A stretch of 64,000 bases of DNA from Batkoa obscura (lineage: Eukaryota). Both the position numbers and the translations under genes were made by a program. The stretch lies in NCBI GenBank assembly GCA_030770535.1, contig JASVEC010000021.1:186001-250000 (forward strand). Reading direction: 5' to 3'. Shown here piece after piece: positions 62,900 through 64,000 of the stretch. Positions within the stretch are counted from its first letter, which is position 1, and each line of letters opens with the position of its first letter. The notes beneath the pieces are model-generated. The model was not told where the DNA came from. It saw nothing but the letters and a program-made list of their open reading frames with translations, and made no database searches.

Positions 62900-63900
62900 T
62901 GGAGCAAATTAGTAGTGTGTATCTTGTAGTAAAATGGAAACCTAAGGCACTACCACGATCACAACGATGAAAAAGAAGTCTACCATGGCTTTAAGAAATA
63001 TCACTATTACGTTAAACATTTGGATCTTAGGTCATTGCTAATTTCGTTAATTCATCATTTAGTATGCCCAAATAGTACCAAACTTTTTATTGAAAAAATA
63101 TTTCAAGATTTGGGCCATTTAGAAGTTAGTTATCCAAGCTTCTATTTTACAATCTCAATAATACCATATCTATCACTAATCATTGTATCATTAGAAACCC
63201 AATATTAGCTATACAGCTGTGATAGGTTCTTCAAGAAGCTATTAATAAATTCAACAACTTAAGAGCTTAAGTTATATCGTATTAACATGGCTTCAAGTAA
63301 ACTCAATTTTTTATTTAACAAACAGTTCTCTCAATTAACTAAATTCTATATCGAATACGTACATACAAACACTTCGAAAAAAATAAAAGCAAATTTTAAC
63401 AACCATACAAAGCTTGATATACCTTACATTACAGATTGTTTCAAATTAGTATTTAATGGAGTATTGGATTTAAAAAAACCAACTGCAACTGATATTGGTA
63501 TAACTGAAGTAACTGTAAAAAGCAAGGTATTTCTATTGAATTAACTAAGTTTAGTGACTTGCAAAAATATTTCATGTAAGCATTTATATTCTATACTTGG
63601 TATACCAATAATCACTTATTTGAGCTTAACGGAGACTTTTAACCTATTCTTTTTAATTAAAGAAGCTTACCCAAAGAATATCAATAATATAACAACTCTA
63701 TGGATTAGAAGCTCAACTTTATAAGTTGATTTTTTGAATTTTTTACGCACGCCATGCTTTTGCCTATATAATCTTGAAATGATAAACCGTAAATCTGAAG
63801 CCGACCTACTACTTACAATCTATAAAACAATAAATGACTCCTCCTTAACCAAAGCCAAATTTAGCTGTATTAGATATTCAAATTTAAATGTTTTTATTAA
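62900..63900 (-). mobile_element. Probable degenerate non-LTR (LINE) reverse-transcriptase remnant
   Basis: Interrupted minus-strand fragments in the expected order: KFGFG, KHGVRK (GVRQG-like), EYKCL (YKYLG-like), DRGSALG (GGLG-like). Confidence 0.4.
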
Positions 63901-64000
63901 TTTTACGTTAATTAGTTTTGAAAACATAAGATTTTCTAAATTTATAAACTATAACGTTTTATTGAAAAATCATAAAAATGATTCTAGATTTTATCTTTAA

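Overview
AT-rich eukaryotic DNA with many ~45-60 nt GT-AG introns. Gene content and style suggest an early-diverging fungus, possibly Entomophthorales/Conidiobolus-like (inference). From 1 to ~42.5 kb it is a compact housekeeping block: 7TM receptor, SEC16, BRCA1-like RING protein, M16 peptidase, DDHD phospholipase, kinesin-1, QCR9, NFS1, two tandem alpha/beta-hydrolases, two identical tRNA-Gly(GCC), a double-Myb telobox protein, malonyl-CoA decarboxylase and prefoldin-3. From ~42.6 to 64 kb it is a gene-sparse accessory region. It holds secreted 3D-domain (MltA-like) genes (three intact, one pseudogene) and a near-perfect 3.35-kb inverted repeat (48631-51983 / 58532-61884) duplicating a 3D-domain gene plus a cytochrome P450 around a 6.5-kb spacer. 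About 20 copies of a ~98-bp MITE with 4-bp AWWT target duplications (Sola-like) are scattered through the window. The most unexpected signal is a ~313-nt, heavily base-paired RNA element with competing helices inside the unusually long (411-nt) last intron of the kinesin-1 gene; I could not assign it to a known ncRNA family. Exon boundaries and pairings were read by eye and need computational confirmation.
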